Source: a virus (lineage: Duplodnaviria; Caudoviricetes). Taken from it: 64,000 nucleotides of DNA. The first letter of the stretch is position 1. Each line of letters opens with the position of its first letter. Shown one piece after another: positions 1 through 10,002 of the stretch. The position numbers and the translations under genes were made by a program. The notes under the pieces are model-generated. The model did no database searches. It was not told the origin of the DNA and saw nothing but the letters and a program-made list of their open reading frames with translations. Location of the stretch: positions 30,033 through 94,032 of IMG/VR virus record IMGVR_UViG_3300032007_000052. One strand, written 5' to 3'.

Positions 1-164
1 CTCATTGTGCTTATTTACAATTGCAATCCTTGTTATTTTTGTCGTAACTGGGGGATCTGAACCAAGTGCATTAATAGCTTGTTTTTTTGGTACATTTGGC
101 GGTGAACTTTTTATGTGTGCTATGATTAAACGTTTGAAGCTTAAGACGGAGAAGGGAGATAAAG

Positions 165-479
165 ATGAATGATATCCTATTTACTGTGACTCAATGTGTT
201 GTTCTTGTTCTATCGGTCATTGTGAGCCGCTATTTGATTCCACTTGCCAAAACTAAACTTATGCAAAACCAGCACGAAGAAATTAACAATATTGTTATTG
301 AGGGTGTTAGGGGTGTTGAGCAGGTAATAGGTGGCGGAAAAGGGAAAGAGAAGAAAGAAAAAGTTATCGAATATGTTCTCGGTTACGCGCACAACAGAGG
401 CATTAATATCACTTCTGAACAGATTGACCTTCTCATAGAGTCTGCTGTATTTGCTATGAACGGAGGTAAGAAAAAGTGA
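165..479 (+). CDS. phage holin (LL-H-like)
   Basis: N-terminal TM helix, V.GVEQ...G.GKEKK and IESAV motifs; overlaps the endolysin start. Confidence 0.8.
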   Translation: MNDILFTVTQCVVLVLSVIVSRYLIPLAKTKLMQNQHEEINNIVIEGVRGVEQVIGGGKGKEKKEKVIEYVLGYAHNRGINITSEQIDLLIESAVFAMNGGKKK

Positions 480-1273
480 TATACGGGATAGATGTGTCTC
501 ATTACCAGGGCGAAATTGACTGGAAGAAGGTTGCTTCTTCAGGAAAAAAGTTTGCAATTTTAAAATGCATGTATGAAAACTCTCACAAGGTTGATGAATA
601 TTTTGAAAAGAACTATGAGGGATGTATAAAAAACGGACTAGGAGTTGGAATTTATATTTATCATGCTAGAAAATCTATTGAAAAGCCGAATGTTGAAGCT
701 GAGGATATTCTTAAAATTCTAAAAAATAGAACTTTAAACTATGGCATTTGGCATGATTTAGAGGACAAAAATATTAGATCTAAAGGGAAGTCATATTTTA
801 CTAATTTTTTGAAGCTTCAAGATGAATATTTTAGTAAGTATCAAACAGGAATTTATTGTAATGTGGATTGGTATAAGAATGTTTTAGACTCAAAAGAACT
901 ATCAAAGAAATATAAATTTTGGATTGCGAGATACCCTTCACAAGACAAAGGAATTGTAGTAGAATCTCTTAGTCCTAAATCTTATAGTCAGGGTTGGCAA
1001 TACTCAAGCAAAGGTAAGGTTCCAGGAATAAATGGAAATGTTGATTTGGACATAGACTTTGGAACTCTTGCTGTGACTGCGAGTGATGCCGCAGGATCAA
1101 CTTTAGGAAAAGATATAAGGATTGTTACAGCTAGCCATTTAAATGCGCGTGTAGATCCTTCTACAGGGGCTGTGTTGCATGTACTTGATAAGGGTGATAA
1201 AGTTAATGTTGTGGAGACTAAGGGAAATTGGTGCAAGATTGAAGCATGGGTTTCTTCGGCGTTTTTGAAGTGA
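476..1273 (+). CDS. GH25 endolysin with C-terminal SH3b-like cell-wall-binding domain
   Basis: GIDVSHYQG, DLE, WQYSSKGKVPGINGNVDLD; C-terminal LNAR..P/GNWCKI/WVSS. Confidence 0.92.
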   Translation: MIYGIDVSHYQGEIDWKKVASSGKKFAILKCMYENSHKVDEYFEKNYEGCIKNGLGVGIYIYHARKSIEKPNVEAEDILKILKNRTLNYGIWHDLEDKNIRSKGKSYFTNFLKLQDEYFSKYQTGIYCNVDWYKNVLDSKELSKKYKFWIARYPSQDKGIVVESLSPKSYSQGWQYSSKGKVPGINGNVDLDIDFGTLAVTASDAAGSTLGKDIRIVTASHLNARVDPSTGAVLHVLDKGDKVNVVETKGNWCKIEAWVSSAFLK

Positions 1274-1293
1274 AAAGTTTTAAAGGTGGTTTT

Positions 1294-1641
1294 ATGAGTG
1301 ATTTAAAAGAAAAATTGGGGATTGAAAAAGACAGACCTATTCCGGCAGATTTTAATATTCCTTATTATATTCATCAAGATGATTTAAATAAGCTTGATAT
1401 GAGTCATAAAAGAATTGAAAAGTGGATTGTTTTTGTTTGCATTATTATTTTCATTGCGTTTGTTGGAACTAATGCTGCATGGATTTGGTATGAGCATCAA
1501 TATCAGGATGTTATGACCGAAACTTATTCTGCAACTTCTGATGATGGTGGAAATGCCATTGCAAATTGTGAAGGGAGTGTGGTTATAGGTGACCAGGGCG
1601 GTTTACACGAGAACAAGAAGACGAGTAAGACGAATCCCTAA
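1294..1641 (+). CDS. single-pass membrane protein
   Basis: hydrophobic WIVFVCIIIFIAFVGTNAAW; directly after lysin. Confidence 0.55.
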   Translation: MSDLKEKLGIEKDRPIPADFNIPYYIHQDDLNKLDMSHKRIEKWIVFVCIIIFIAFVGTNAAWIWYEHQYQDVMTETYSATSDDGGNAIANCEGSVVIGDQGGLHENKKTSKTNP

Positions 1642-1715
1642 AGGATATGTAAGATGTAACGTTTGTAAAGGCAAGGGATATCATCCTGCTCCTAAGAGAA
1701 AGAAGTGAGGTTAAT

Positions 1716-2348
1716 ATGGCTACTTACTATGGTATTCAAGAAGATTCGGATGGAAATGTTTTGCTTCCTGTTCCTAACGGAATATGTGGTATAGAAAGAG
1801 GGGCATCCGCTACTCAATCATACGTTAAAGGAAATCTTGTTTATGTTGGGAATCGTTTATGCCAAGTTAATTCCGCTATAACTGTAGGAGACGCTTTGAC
1901 GATAGGTGGGAATGTATCGTACACATCAATGGCTAATCAGGTTCACAATATTAAGGTTTTTGTTAATAATAATGGGGAATTGGTCTTTACAGATCATACA
2001 GGTGCCGATACAGTACTAAATTTTAGCCAAATTTATGATTTGGGTACAGGCACAAGTTTTAATGTATCATCAGTTAGTGGGTATAGAAATTTTACTGTTG
2101 ATAATTTTATGATTGCACCATTATCATCAGGAGATTCAACTTCTATCGGTAATCAAAATCCTGGTCAAGGGTGGTATTTTGGAGGATATACTGCTTCACG
2201 CAGTTATAACCAGTCTACAGGAATTTTTACAACTACATTAAAAGCAACTTTATCTGCAAATTCCATGTCCTCGGAATCCTCCAATAAAGCAGTTCACGCT
2301 TATCTTATAACAAAAACTTCTGGCATCAGGCCATTGCCTAATCCTTAA
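1716..2348 (+). CDS. hypothetical beta-rich protein (possibly virion or adhesin-like)
   Basis: 210-aa ORF with RBS gaggt; Ser/Thr/Gly/Asn-rich. Confidence 0.5.
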   Translation: MATYYGIQEDSDGNVLLPVPNGICGIERGASATQSYVKGNLVYVGNRLCQVNSAITVGDALTIGGNVSYTSMANQVHNIKVFVNNNGELVFTDHTGADTVLNFSQIYDLGTGTSFNVSSVSGYRNFTVDNFMIAPLSSGDSTSIGNQNPGQGWYFGGYTASRSYNQSTGIFTTTLKATLSANSMSSESSNKAVHAYLITKTSGIRPLPNP

Positions 2349-2358
2349 GGGAAAATCT

Positions 2359-2586
2359 ATGAAACATACCGTTGATGGAATGTCTAAATCAGAACTTTGT
2401 GAGATTATAGATAGCATTATAGGATTCAAAGCGGAAAGAAATCGTAATATACTCAAAAGACGGTTATGTGATGGTTTGACTTTTGAAGAATTGAGTGAAG
2501 AGTTTGACATATCTGTTAATCAAGTTAAAAGAATTGTGTATAATGGAATAGCAGAGATACTTAAAAAGGCTTCAGGATTTACCTGA
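2359..2586 (+). CDS. sigma-70 region-4-like HTH protein
   Basis: RRLCDGLTFEELSEEFDISVNQVKRIV HTH pattern. Confidence 0.7.
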   Translation: MKHTVDGMSKSELCEIIDSIIGFKAERNRNILKRRLCDGLTFEELSEEFDISVNQVKRIVYNGIAEILKKASGFT

Positions 2587-2598
2587 AGCCTTTTTTTT
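2563..2598 (+). terminator. intrinsic terminator
   Basis: aaggcttcagg-attta-cctgaagcctt followed by a T run. Confidence 0.8.
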
Positions 2599-2735
2599 GG
2601 TTAATAATGTTCTTTACGTCATAAAGTCCTTGGCTTTAGTCATTGGGAGAAGTCAGTAAATGATACTATTTTGATACTTTTTTGGTATTTTCTCATAAAG
2701 AAATAACTCATAGAATTATATTATGAGGTGAGAGT

Positions 2736-3122
2736 ATGCCATATAAGTATTATAATCCGAATCCAAGACACAATAATTCAGTCGGAGATTGTACAATAAG
2801 AGCAGTTTCAAAAGCATTAAATATTCCGTGGGAAACTGCCTATATTGATTTAGTTATGCAGGGATATGAGATTGGTGATATGCCCTCATCTAATGTTGTG
2901 TTAAATTCTTATCTTAGGTCGAAGTGGTTTAGACGAAATGTTGTATCTAATCTTTGTCCTGATTGCTATACTTTTAGTGATTTTGCAAGAGAACATCCAA
3001 AAGGTACTTATATTGTTTGTACTGGAACTCATGTTGCATGTATAAAAGATGGAATACTATATGACAGCTGGGACAGTTCAGACGAGGTTGTGATTTTCTA
3101 TTATGAGAGAGAGGATTATTGA
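2736..3122 (+). CDS. papain/C39-like cysteine peptidase-fold protein
   Basis: GDCTIRA, THVACI, YDSWDS (C-H-D order). Confidence 0.5.
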   Translation: MPYKYYNPNPRHNNSVGDCTIRAVSKALNIPWETAYIDLVMQGYEIGDMPSSNVVLNSYLRSKWFRRNVVSNLCPDCYTFSDFAREHPKGTYIVCTGTHVACIKDGILYDSWDSSDEVVIFYYEREDY

Positions 3123-3559
3123 TGAGTTATCCTATGTATTATCCAAATTATCAGCAGCAATATCAGCAGCCGATGATGCCGCAACAATATCAACAGCCGG
3201 TAGTTCAACAGATGCCTCAGCAGCAACAACAGATTTTGGCTTGGGTACAATCTGAAGAGGAAGGAATGAACTTTCCTTTGTCAACTAATCAAAGTATTTT
3301 TCTCATGAATCAAAATGAACCTTATCTTTATATGAAATCTGTAGATCAGCTTGGCAAGAGTACTTTTATTAAAAAAAGACTAGTTGATGAGAGTGATAAT
3401 AATAATAAAAACCAGATTGACTTATCTGCCTATATCAAACGTGAAGAGATAGAAAATATTATTACAGATAGAATTCAAAAAGAAGTTGACAAACGTGTAT
3501 CTCAGCTTTCTTTTAAACCCACGAAAAAGAAAGTCATTTTAGAGGATGATGAGGACTAA
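3119..3559 (+). CDS. Gln/Pro-rich hypothetical protein
   Basis: low-complexity QQYQQP N-terminus; coupled to the upstream gene. Confidence 0.7.
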   Translation: MMSYPMYYPNYQQQYQQPMMPQQYQQPVVQQMPQQQQQILAWVQSEEEGMNFPLSTNQSIFLMNQNEPYLYMKSVDQLGKSTFIKKRLVDESDNNNKNQIDLSAYIKREEIENIITDRIQKEVDKRVSQLSFKPTKKKVILEDDED

Positions 3560-3561
3560 GA

Positions 3562-3849
3562 ATGAATCCATTTTTTAACATACCTAATATGGGAATGCCT
3601 GTTAATCCTATGCAAAATATGATGAATGTGCTTAATCAGGTCAGGCAGATTAAGCAGAATCCACAGCAGCTTGCTTGTCTTTTGAAACAACGTGGAATGA
3701 TAAACGATAATCAGGTTGAAGAAATTCAAAAGATGGGGAATAATTACGAGCAAATTGGACATTATCTGATGAATAATGGAAGCATTCCTCCTAACATTCA
3801 ACAATATCAGGGACAAGTCCAACAAATGCAAAATATGATTAACAATTAA
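3562..3849 (+). CDS. Gln/Asn/Met-rich small protein
   Basis: ORF with RBS gagga. Confidence 0.7.
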   Translation: MNPFFNIPNMGMPVNPMQNMMNVLNQVRQIKQNPQQLACLLKQRGMINDNQVEEIQKMGNNYEQIGHYLMNNGSIPPNIQQYQGQVQQMQNMINN

Positions 3850-3996
3850 ATAAGCGCATCTAATTGTGGTGGACAATTAAACGCGCTCATTTACGGATAT
3901 GCTTACACATATACCCTAGACAAGTTTATTGTAAGCTTTTCGTAAATGTTTATCAATGGTTTTATGCGCATAAATATATAACGAAAGGAGCTTACT

Positions 3997-4890
3997 ATGA
4001 CAGAAAATAGTAATATGGTCATGCCGGTAGCACCAGCTTATAATGGTGGTGGATTCGGTGGCGGTTTTGGTTATGGCGGTGATTTTTGGCTTATCCTTAT
4101 TCTGCTGTTTGCCTTTGGTGGTTGGGGCAATGGCTTTGGCGGATGGGGTGGCAATAATGCCGCTGCTGATGGAGCTATCCTTTATCCTTGGATGAATCAG
4201 AGCAATCAGATTCATGATGGCTTCCGTGATCAGATGATTAATACTTCTGTAAATGGAATCCAGAACGCTGTTACAAGCGGTTTTGGTGATGTTCAGCTTG
4301 GCATTGCAGGTATCAATCAGAACATTTGTCAGTCAACAGCAGGAGTAACACAGGCTGTTTCTAATGGTTTTTCACAGGCTGAGATTGCTAATAACACAAG
4401 ACAGATAGCAAATATGCAGCAAGCTTTTGCTAATCAGACAGCAATGAATCAGGGCTTTAACGGTGTTCAGAGTCAGCTTGCTCAGTGTTGTTGTGATAAT
4501 CGTTTGGCTACATCTCAGCTTTCAAACACTGTGCAGAATGAAGGCAATGCTACACGTTTTGCTGATGCAAATAATACAAGAGATCTTATTGAGAATCAGA
4601 ATAGAAATAGTCAGGCTATTCTTGATAAGCTTTGCGCCCTTGAACTTGACGGGGTTAAAAATCAGCTGGCTCAGGCTGAGAGAGATAATATTTCTCTTCA
4701 GAATCAACTTAATATGGCTGCTCTTAGAGAGTCTCAGACTGCTCAGAATGCATTTATTCAGCAGGGATTCACAAACGAAATCGATCAACTCTATAGCAGA
4801 CTATCCAGTTGCCCTATCCCAAGTACTCCGGTATTTGGAAGAACTCCTATCTTTACATGTAACAATGGTGGATGTGGTTGCGGTATGTAA
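3997..4890 (+). CDS. Gly-rich/TM/coiled-coil/Cys-rich hypothetical protein
   Basis: GGFGG repeats, FWLILILLFAFGGWG hydrophobic segment, QLAQCCC, C-terminal CGCG. Confidence 0.75.
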   Translation: MTENSNMVMPVAPAYNGGGFGGGFGYGGDFWLILILLFAFGGWGNGFGGWGGNNAAADGAILYPWMNQSNQIHDGFRDQMINTSVNGIQNAVTSGFGDVQLGIAGINQNICQSTAGVTQAVSNGFSQAEIANNTRQIANMQQAFANQTAMNQGFNGVQSQLAQCCCDNRLATSQLSNTVQNEGNATRFADANNTRDLIENQNRNSQAILDKLCALELDGVKNQLAQAERDNISLQNQLNMAALRESQTAQNAFIQQGFTNEIDQLYSRLSSCPIPSTPVFGRTPIFTCNNGGCGCGM

Positions 4891-4902
4891 GGAGGAATTA
4901 AA

Positions 4903-5358
4903 ATGGCAGAATATATCGAGGTCCCGGTTCAGAATGTTGCTTTAAATAATCCAATCGTATTTTCCTCTTCGCCTATTCCATGCAACAAAGGATATGTGTT
5001 ACATGAGGATGGCACAGGAAATTTTATTCTGCGAGGAGTAACAAACAATTGCTTTGCCAGATATCAAATTGTTTACAGTGGAAATGTGGATATTCCGGAG
5101 GGCGGTGCAGTGACAGCTGTAGGGCTTGCCATAAGTGTTAATGGGGAAGAAAGACCGTCAAGTTTGGCAATTTACACTCCACAGGCTGTTGAGGAACAAG
5201 GAAATTTAACCTGTACTGCCATTGTAACGGTTCCGCGCGGATGCTGTTTCAATGTTTCAGTGAGATATGTGGATGCAACTGTTAATGATCCAGCTGTTAC
5301 TCCTACACCTACAATCGAAGTTGCTAATAGTAATTTAACTATTACCAGGATAGCGTGA
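4903..5358 (+). CDS. BclA C-terminal/C1q-like beta-sandwich protein (tentative)
   Basis: Q.V..N.PI.F...G.F.L...Y.I...GN pattern resembles the BclA-C/TNF-like fold. Confidence 0.45.
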   Translation: MAEYIEVPVQNVALNNPIVFSSSPIPCNKGYVLHEDGTGNFILRGVTNNCFARYQIVYSGNVDIPEGGAVTAVGLAISVNGEERPSSLAIYTPQAVEEQGNLTCTAIVTVPRGCCFNVSVRYVDATVNDPAVTPTPTIEVANSNLTITRIA

Positions 5359-5369
5359 AAGGAGCATGT

Positions 5370-5780
5370 ATGAAAGTTTTTGATCAGATAGAAGACATGC
5401 TTTGTGATGAGCTTGAACAGATTGCTAAGAAAAAGGAATTAACTTCTAGCAGCTTGGATGTAATTGATAAGGCTGTTGATGTCATTAAAGATATAAGAAC
5501 TGTTCATGCAATGGAGCAGGAATACCCTGAAGGATATTCTAACAATGGATATTCAACTGGGTACTTCCAGAGATATCCTTACTACATGTATGATGAGATG
5601 CCACAGGGCAATTCTTATGCAAGAGGTCGCAATGCTGAGAGAGATGCAAGAGGCCGATACAGTAGTGAGGGATATTCGAGAGATTCGATGTCTGAGGAAC
5701 TTAGGCAGATGATGAATCGTGCATCAAATGATAAAGAGAGGGATGCAATCAGAAAAGCACTTGATAGCATGTCAATGTAA
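5370..5780 (+). CDS. hypothetical protein with RDARGRYS motif
   Basis: last gene of the cassette, before a terminator. Confidence 0.65.
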   Translation: MKVFDQIEDMLCDELEQIAKKKELTSSSLDVIDKAVDVIKDIRTVHAMEQEYPEGYSNNGYSTGYFQRYPYYMYDEMPQGNSYARGRNAERDARGRYSSEGYSRDSMSEELRQMMNRASNDKERDAIRKALDSMSM

Positions 5781-5785
5781 GAGGA

Positions 5786-5822
5786 AGGCAGTAGTTTCCT
5801 ATATGGAGCTACTGTCTTTTTT
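5786..5822 (+). terminator. intrinsic terminator
   Basis: aggcagtagtttc...gagctactgtct followed by a T run. Confidence 0.7.
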
Positions 5823-5828
5823 GATGCA

Positions 5829-5893
5829 AATATTTTTGCTGCGAAAATGCAGCGAGGGAACAATATTTTTGCTGCGAAAACGCAGCGAGGGAA
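5829..5893. repeat. two 32-bp direct repeats, each with an internal palindrome
   Basis: aatatttttgctgcgaaaaYgcagcgagggaa x2. Confidence 0.85.
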
Positions 5894-6243
5894 AGGAAAA
5901 TTATGAAGAATATAGATAAGATAAAAGGAATGGATGTTGATGAATTAGTTGAATTTATGTGGCAGTGGTACGGAGATGATGATTCTATGTGGTTTTACTA
6001 TCCGGAAAAATTTGGAAAAGGAAAAAGGAAATTTAATTCTGAAGATGAGATAAAAGAATGGTTAGAAAAAGACACTGAATAATCAGTGCCTTTTTCGCAT
6101 AACCAAAACACTAAAACAGGAAAGCACAAAAATTAAAAAAGTAAAGGGAAAACACCAAGCAATCGTTAATGTAATACAAACGAAGTCAACAACTTGTACT
6201 TATGCAATGAATGTATTACAATCTATACATGGAGGTGCAAAAT

Positions 6244-6480
6244 ATGAGTACATTAATAACAGCAAGAATAAATGAAAATGATAAGAAGGACTTTGATAGT
6301 TTTTGTGAGAATGTTGGATTAACAACATCAACAGCTATCAATATGTTTATTAAGGCGGTTCTTAGAGAATACAAAATTCCTTTTGATATTTATGATGATA
6401 CGTTTTATTGTAAAAATAATCAGGAATCAATCAAGGGTTCACAAGAACTGGAACCTGATTTTGTAGAGGTGGATGATTAA
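6244..6480 (+). CDS. RelB/DinJ-family antitoxin (no adjacent toxin)
   Basis: ITARI.E..K..F...CENVGLTTSTAINMFIKAV..EYKIPF. Confidence 0.85.
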   Translation: MSTLITARINENDKKDFDSFCENVGLTTSTAINMFIKAVLREYKIPFDIYDDTFYCKNNQESIKGSQELEPDFVEVDD

Positions 6481-6692
6481 CAAAAAAGCTGGTCCATTCA
6501 ATACGAACGAATCAGCTTTTTTGATCACAAAGCTATAATTTTTTATAGGAGATATATGCTATTATCATATTCCAGAAACAAAATGTCAATATACAGTAAA
6601 CATTTATGCGTAAATATGTTATAATAAAGACACCCCAAATAACTTTCTACCCATGCCACTTAGAACTCCCATCCTTCTCTAAGTGGCATATC

Positions 6693-7259
6693 TTATACTA
6701 TATCAGAATATCCTAGAAGCATCTGGTCTTCTTCATAGGAACTTACACCTAAATATCTTTGAGTAATAGCAGGACTGCTATGTTGATAAAAATTCATTAC
6801 TTTAATAATGTTGTAGCCACTTGCTTCATAGAGATTCATTCCACAATATTTCCTAAATGAGTGAGTAGATATGTTTTCATATTCCAAAAAATCACATACC
6901 TTTTTTAGATATTTTTGAACTGATCGTTCTGTCATAGGGAATATGAGATCATTTTTCTTTATTTCATTTTCCTTGATGTATAAGTTCAAATGCTTATAGA
7001 ACTCGTGACTGATGCTCTTGTAGCGTTTCTTTTTTGTTTTCTGCTCAATTATACTAATCTTATAAATACCACCCGCAAAAACGAAGCTAGAGGGTTTTAA
7101 AGCTAATACATCCTCAATACGGATTCCTAAATTTGCTTCGGCTATAAGAACTTCTGATATTCTGATGTTTGGTTTGAAATAGTATGAGCCTGTTCTCATT
7201 GCTTCGATAATTGTTTTATATTGGTGTCTGGTTAACGGTACTGTTGCGTATGCTCCCAT
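6693..7259 (-). CDS. tyrosine recombinase (catalytic domain only; resolvase-like)
   Basis: GIRIEDV, EQKTKK, THSFRK, QHSS, QRYLG. Confidence 0.9.
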   Translation of the reverse strand: MGAYATVPLTRHQYKTIIEAMRTGSYYFKPNIRISEVLIAEANLGIRIEDVLALKPSSFVFAGGIYKISIIEQKTKKKRYKSISHEFYKHLNLYIKENEIKKNDLIFPMTERSVQKYLKKVCDFLEYENISTHSFRKYCGMNLYEASGYNIIKVMNFYQHSSPAITQRYLGVSSYEEDQMLLGYSDIV

Positions 7260-7269
7260 GTGAATCCTT

Positions 7270-7812
7270 TCAATGTAAATAATCCTTATATTTTTCTATG
7301 AATTTCTTTATAGAACTTATTGTTCCGTATCTGTATTCTATTAATTTCCTTTTTGGACTGTTTAAAACATCAATAGCAGAGAATTCTTTATTTGTCATTT
7401 CATTTATACAATTAATCATTCCTGAATATCTTATTTCCGAAGAATTGATAAAATGGTATTGCCTTTTTATTTCCTTCAGATGATTAGTTATTCTGAATTC
7501 GTTATGCTGATTTACATCTATTTGACTAGCTAAAAGTGCTTTAACAATATGAGTATCATCAGGATGATAACTTATATCATTTGATTTATGTGTATGATAA
7601 GTGTTAACTGATATGTTTGCCAGGTCTACTAGCTTAGGTGAAAACGAAAGTTTTCTTCCTGATGTCAATCTTAACGAATCATTTAAGATGTCTTCTTTTG
7701 TTAAGGCTGCTATTTCTTTTACTTTTAAGCCTTCAAAAAGCGCTAATACTATAAAAGCATCAGCAGGTGTTAACTTTTCAATTGTGTTGCATAATTCTTT
7801 ATATGTAATCAT
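7270..7812 (-). CDS. degenerate integrase-fold protein
   Basis: LALFEGLKVKEIAALTKEDI and IRYSGMI resemble recombinase boxes but lack the full catalytic set. Confidence 0.45.
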   Translation of the reverse strand: MITYKELCNTIEKLTPADAFIVLALFEGLKVKEIAALTKEDILNDSLRLTSGRKLSFSPKLVDLANISVNTYHTHKSNDISYHPDDTHIVKALLASQIDVNQHNEFRITNHLKEIKRQYHFINSSEIRYSGMINCINEMTNKEFSAIDVLNSPKRKLIEYRYGTISSIKKFIEKYKDYLH

Positions 7813-8438
7813 ATTACTCCCTTATTTGTAGTTGTATATCACATTCGTTATCGACAATTTCGAGAATATTTTTCCATTCTCCGGATGCAAGAAGCTCATT
7901 ATGAAGATCATTTGCTTTTTCGAGTAATGATCCTATACGGCTATCGTTCCATTTGTATTTTCTTTTCATTGTCAACGCAAAAAGAGACATCATTTTAAGC
8001 CAGTTGTCTTCAAGTCCTTCTTCAACTTGTGTTTGGCAATCGTCAATACGAGAGTCAAGTTGCTGCTGGTATTTAATTCTCATTTGTTCTGATTCTTCAG
8101 CTTGTCTTTTTTCGAAGGCTTGATTTCTGTTTTGAACTTTCCCAAGTGCCTTAATGATTCTTCGGCGGTCACTTCGATTTTTTCCATTTGCATTTACCTG
8201 GGCTGCAATGTAGTTTGATACATCATTTGATTCAGCTTCAAGTTTTGATAGGTCGATACTAAGATATTTATTCACGATAGCCCTCCCGTTTTTGCGTACA
8301 ATGCGCTTTAATTAAAGTTATGTATAAATGTTAGCAGATGACTTTTTTGCTTGTTACGTGAGGAAATAGACAGGGTTTTGCCCCGCACTCAATACCTGAA
8401 GGGGCATTTCAGTTCATGAGTGCATAACCCTATATCCA

Positions 8439-9605
8439 TTATACGATAATCTTATTGAAAAACTCTTTTAAAATATCGAAGTAGCCTTTCTTTTTTGACA
8501 TTTTATGAATCAATGGCACACCTGATTCATTGTTTGGCACTTGAGATTTTAGCGAAGGTTTGCATGATTCCTTTGTTGGTACTTCAATGCGGAGTGCTTC
8601 AGCTAAAATTCTCTTTTCTGTTTCGTTCATATAGGCCGATTGAATTCTCAATGGTTCAAAGGATCCATTTCCCAGGAATAGCATGTCACCTTTTCCATAA
8701 AGTTTTTCAGCTCCATTACGGTCCATTATGATTCTCGACTCTAGCGAAGTAGTGGTCTTCAATGCGATTCGAGTCGGGATATTTGCTTTGATTAGTCCGG
8801 TTACGATGTCTTTACGTGGGGACTGGGTTCCGATTATGAGATGGATTCCACAAGCACGAGCCTTTTGAGCGATTCTCACTATAGGCTTCTCAATGTCTTT
8901 GAATTGAAGCATGAGATCTGCAAGCTCATCAATTATAACAACTATAGGATTCATTTCTCCTGGATATGAATAGATGTCTTTAGCTCCAGCACTTTGAAGT
9001 AATCTATATCTTTTTTGCATTTCTTCCACAAGATTATTCATTGTGATATACATTTTTGATACGGATGTAATTACTTCCGTATTGATGCAATTGTTATACA
9101 TTGAAAACTCATTACCTTTTGGATCAAGTATAATAAGTTTAGCTCCAGTCTGAGGAAAACTATAGGCTATACTTGCAGCGAAGCAGTGCAGCAACTCAGA
9201 TTTTCCGCTTCCGGTAGTACCACCTATAAGAATGTGCGGTGCTTTTGATAAATTTGTATAGACTTTTTTTCCGTTTTCATCAACTCCTAAAACGAGTCTT
9301 AATTGTTTTCCTCCCAGAACATCATAGAATTTTGAGAATGCAACGGGTGTAAATTTATCTAACTTTTTATCAATGTATATACATCCACCAGTACGTGTGT
9401 AGGTGAAGTCTATAGTATTTAGTGCGGAAGACAATGCTTCCTTCAGTATTCTTTCTGCACTCAAGACTTTCTTATAAGTCATGAGATCATTAGGAAGTTT
9501 AATCTCAAATTTTACTGTTCTAGGGCAAAGTATAACATTAGTTACGACAAGGCCCAGGAAAGCTATCAATTCATTTAATGCTTCAACATCTCTTGTAAAA
9601 TCCAT
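8439..9605 (-). CDS. FtsK/SpoIIIE-family DNA translocase ATPase
   Basis: PHILIGGTTGSGKS, IIDELADLM, RIAQKARACGIHLI, GAEKLYGKGDML. Confidence 0.93.
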   Translation of the reverse strand: MDFTRDVEALNELIAFLGLVVTNVILCPRTVKFEIKLPNDLMTYKKVLSAERILKEALSSALNTIDFTYTRTGGCIYIDKKLDKFTPVAFSKFYDVLGGKQLRLVLGVDENGKKVYTNLSKAPHILIGGTTGSGKSELLHCFAASIAYSFPQTGAKLIILDPKGNEFSMYNNCINTEVITSVSKMYITMNNLVEEMQKRYRLLQSAGAKDIYSYPGEMNPIVVIIDELADLMLQFKDIEKPIVRIAQKARACGIHLIIGTQSPRKDIVTGLIKANIPTRIALKTTTSLESRIIMDRNGAEKLYGKGDMLFLGNGSFEPLRIQSAYMNETEKRILAEALRIEVPTKESCKPSLKSQVPNNESGVPLIHKMSKKKGYFDILKEFFNKIIV

Positions 9606-9917
9606 CTCATTACCTCTATTATTTTATTCGTTGACCGTTAATCACTGCATAAGTGATCATGTCATTTCTTAAAATATCAACTACACAATCACATAATTCG
9701 TGATCGTTTACAGTGCAGTTTCCTTTTTTTCCGTTATAAATTAACTCAATAGTGTTCATTATATTGACCTTTCTATTATCCTATCTTATAATGATAGGTG
9801 GCTTAGTAGTTACGGGGGCGGTCTTTCCACAGAGATCGCCTTTTTTTATGCATAAAATTATGATATAGTGTCATAGGGTAGCAACTCCCTTCGGAATAAA
9901 CGAGAAGGAGCGAGCCT

Positions 9918-10001
9918 ATGAATTTAATGGAATTCCTAACTTTTGGGATTTTTATCATTGATTTAATAGGGCTTGTTTACAAGATAACTAAAAAGAAGTA
10001 A
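9918..10001 (+). CDS. type I toxin peptide (27 aa, holin-like toxin)
   Basis: MNLMEFLTFGIFIIDLIGLVYKITKKK; RBS aaggag; 5' ggtagcaactccctt pairs with 3' aagggtattgctacc; not in the ORF track. Confidence 0.8.
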   Translation: MNLMEFLTFGIFIIDLIGLVYKITKKK

Positions 10002-10002
10002 A

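Noticed and set aside
2624-2656. IS605 right-end-like remnant (..ctttag..gggagaagtcag)
   Set aside because: Short and degenerate, with no tnpA/tnpB nearby.
3960-3971. 12-bp match (ttttatgcgcat) to dCas12f spacer 1; also an 11-bp match of spacer 5 near 50993
   Set aside because: Short matches like these are plausible by chance in AT-rich DNA, and the spacer 5' positions mismatch; self-targeting is not supported.
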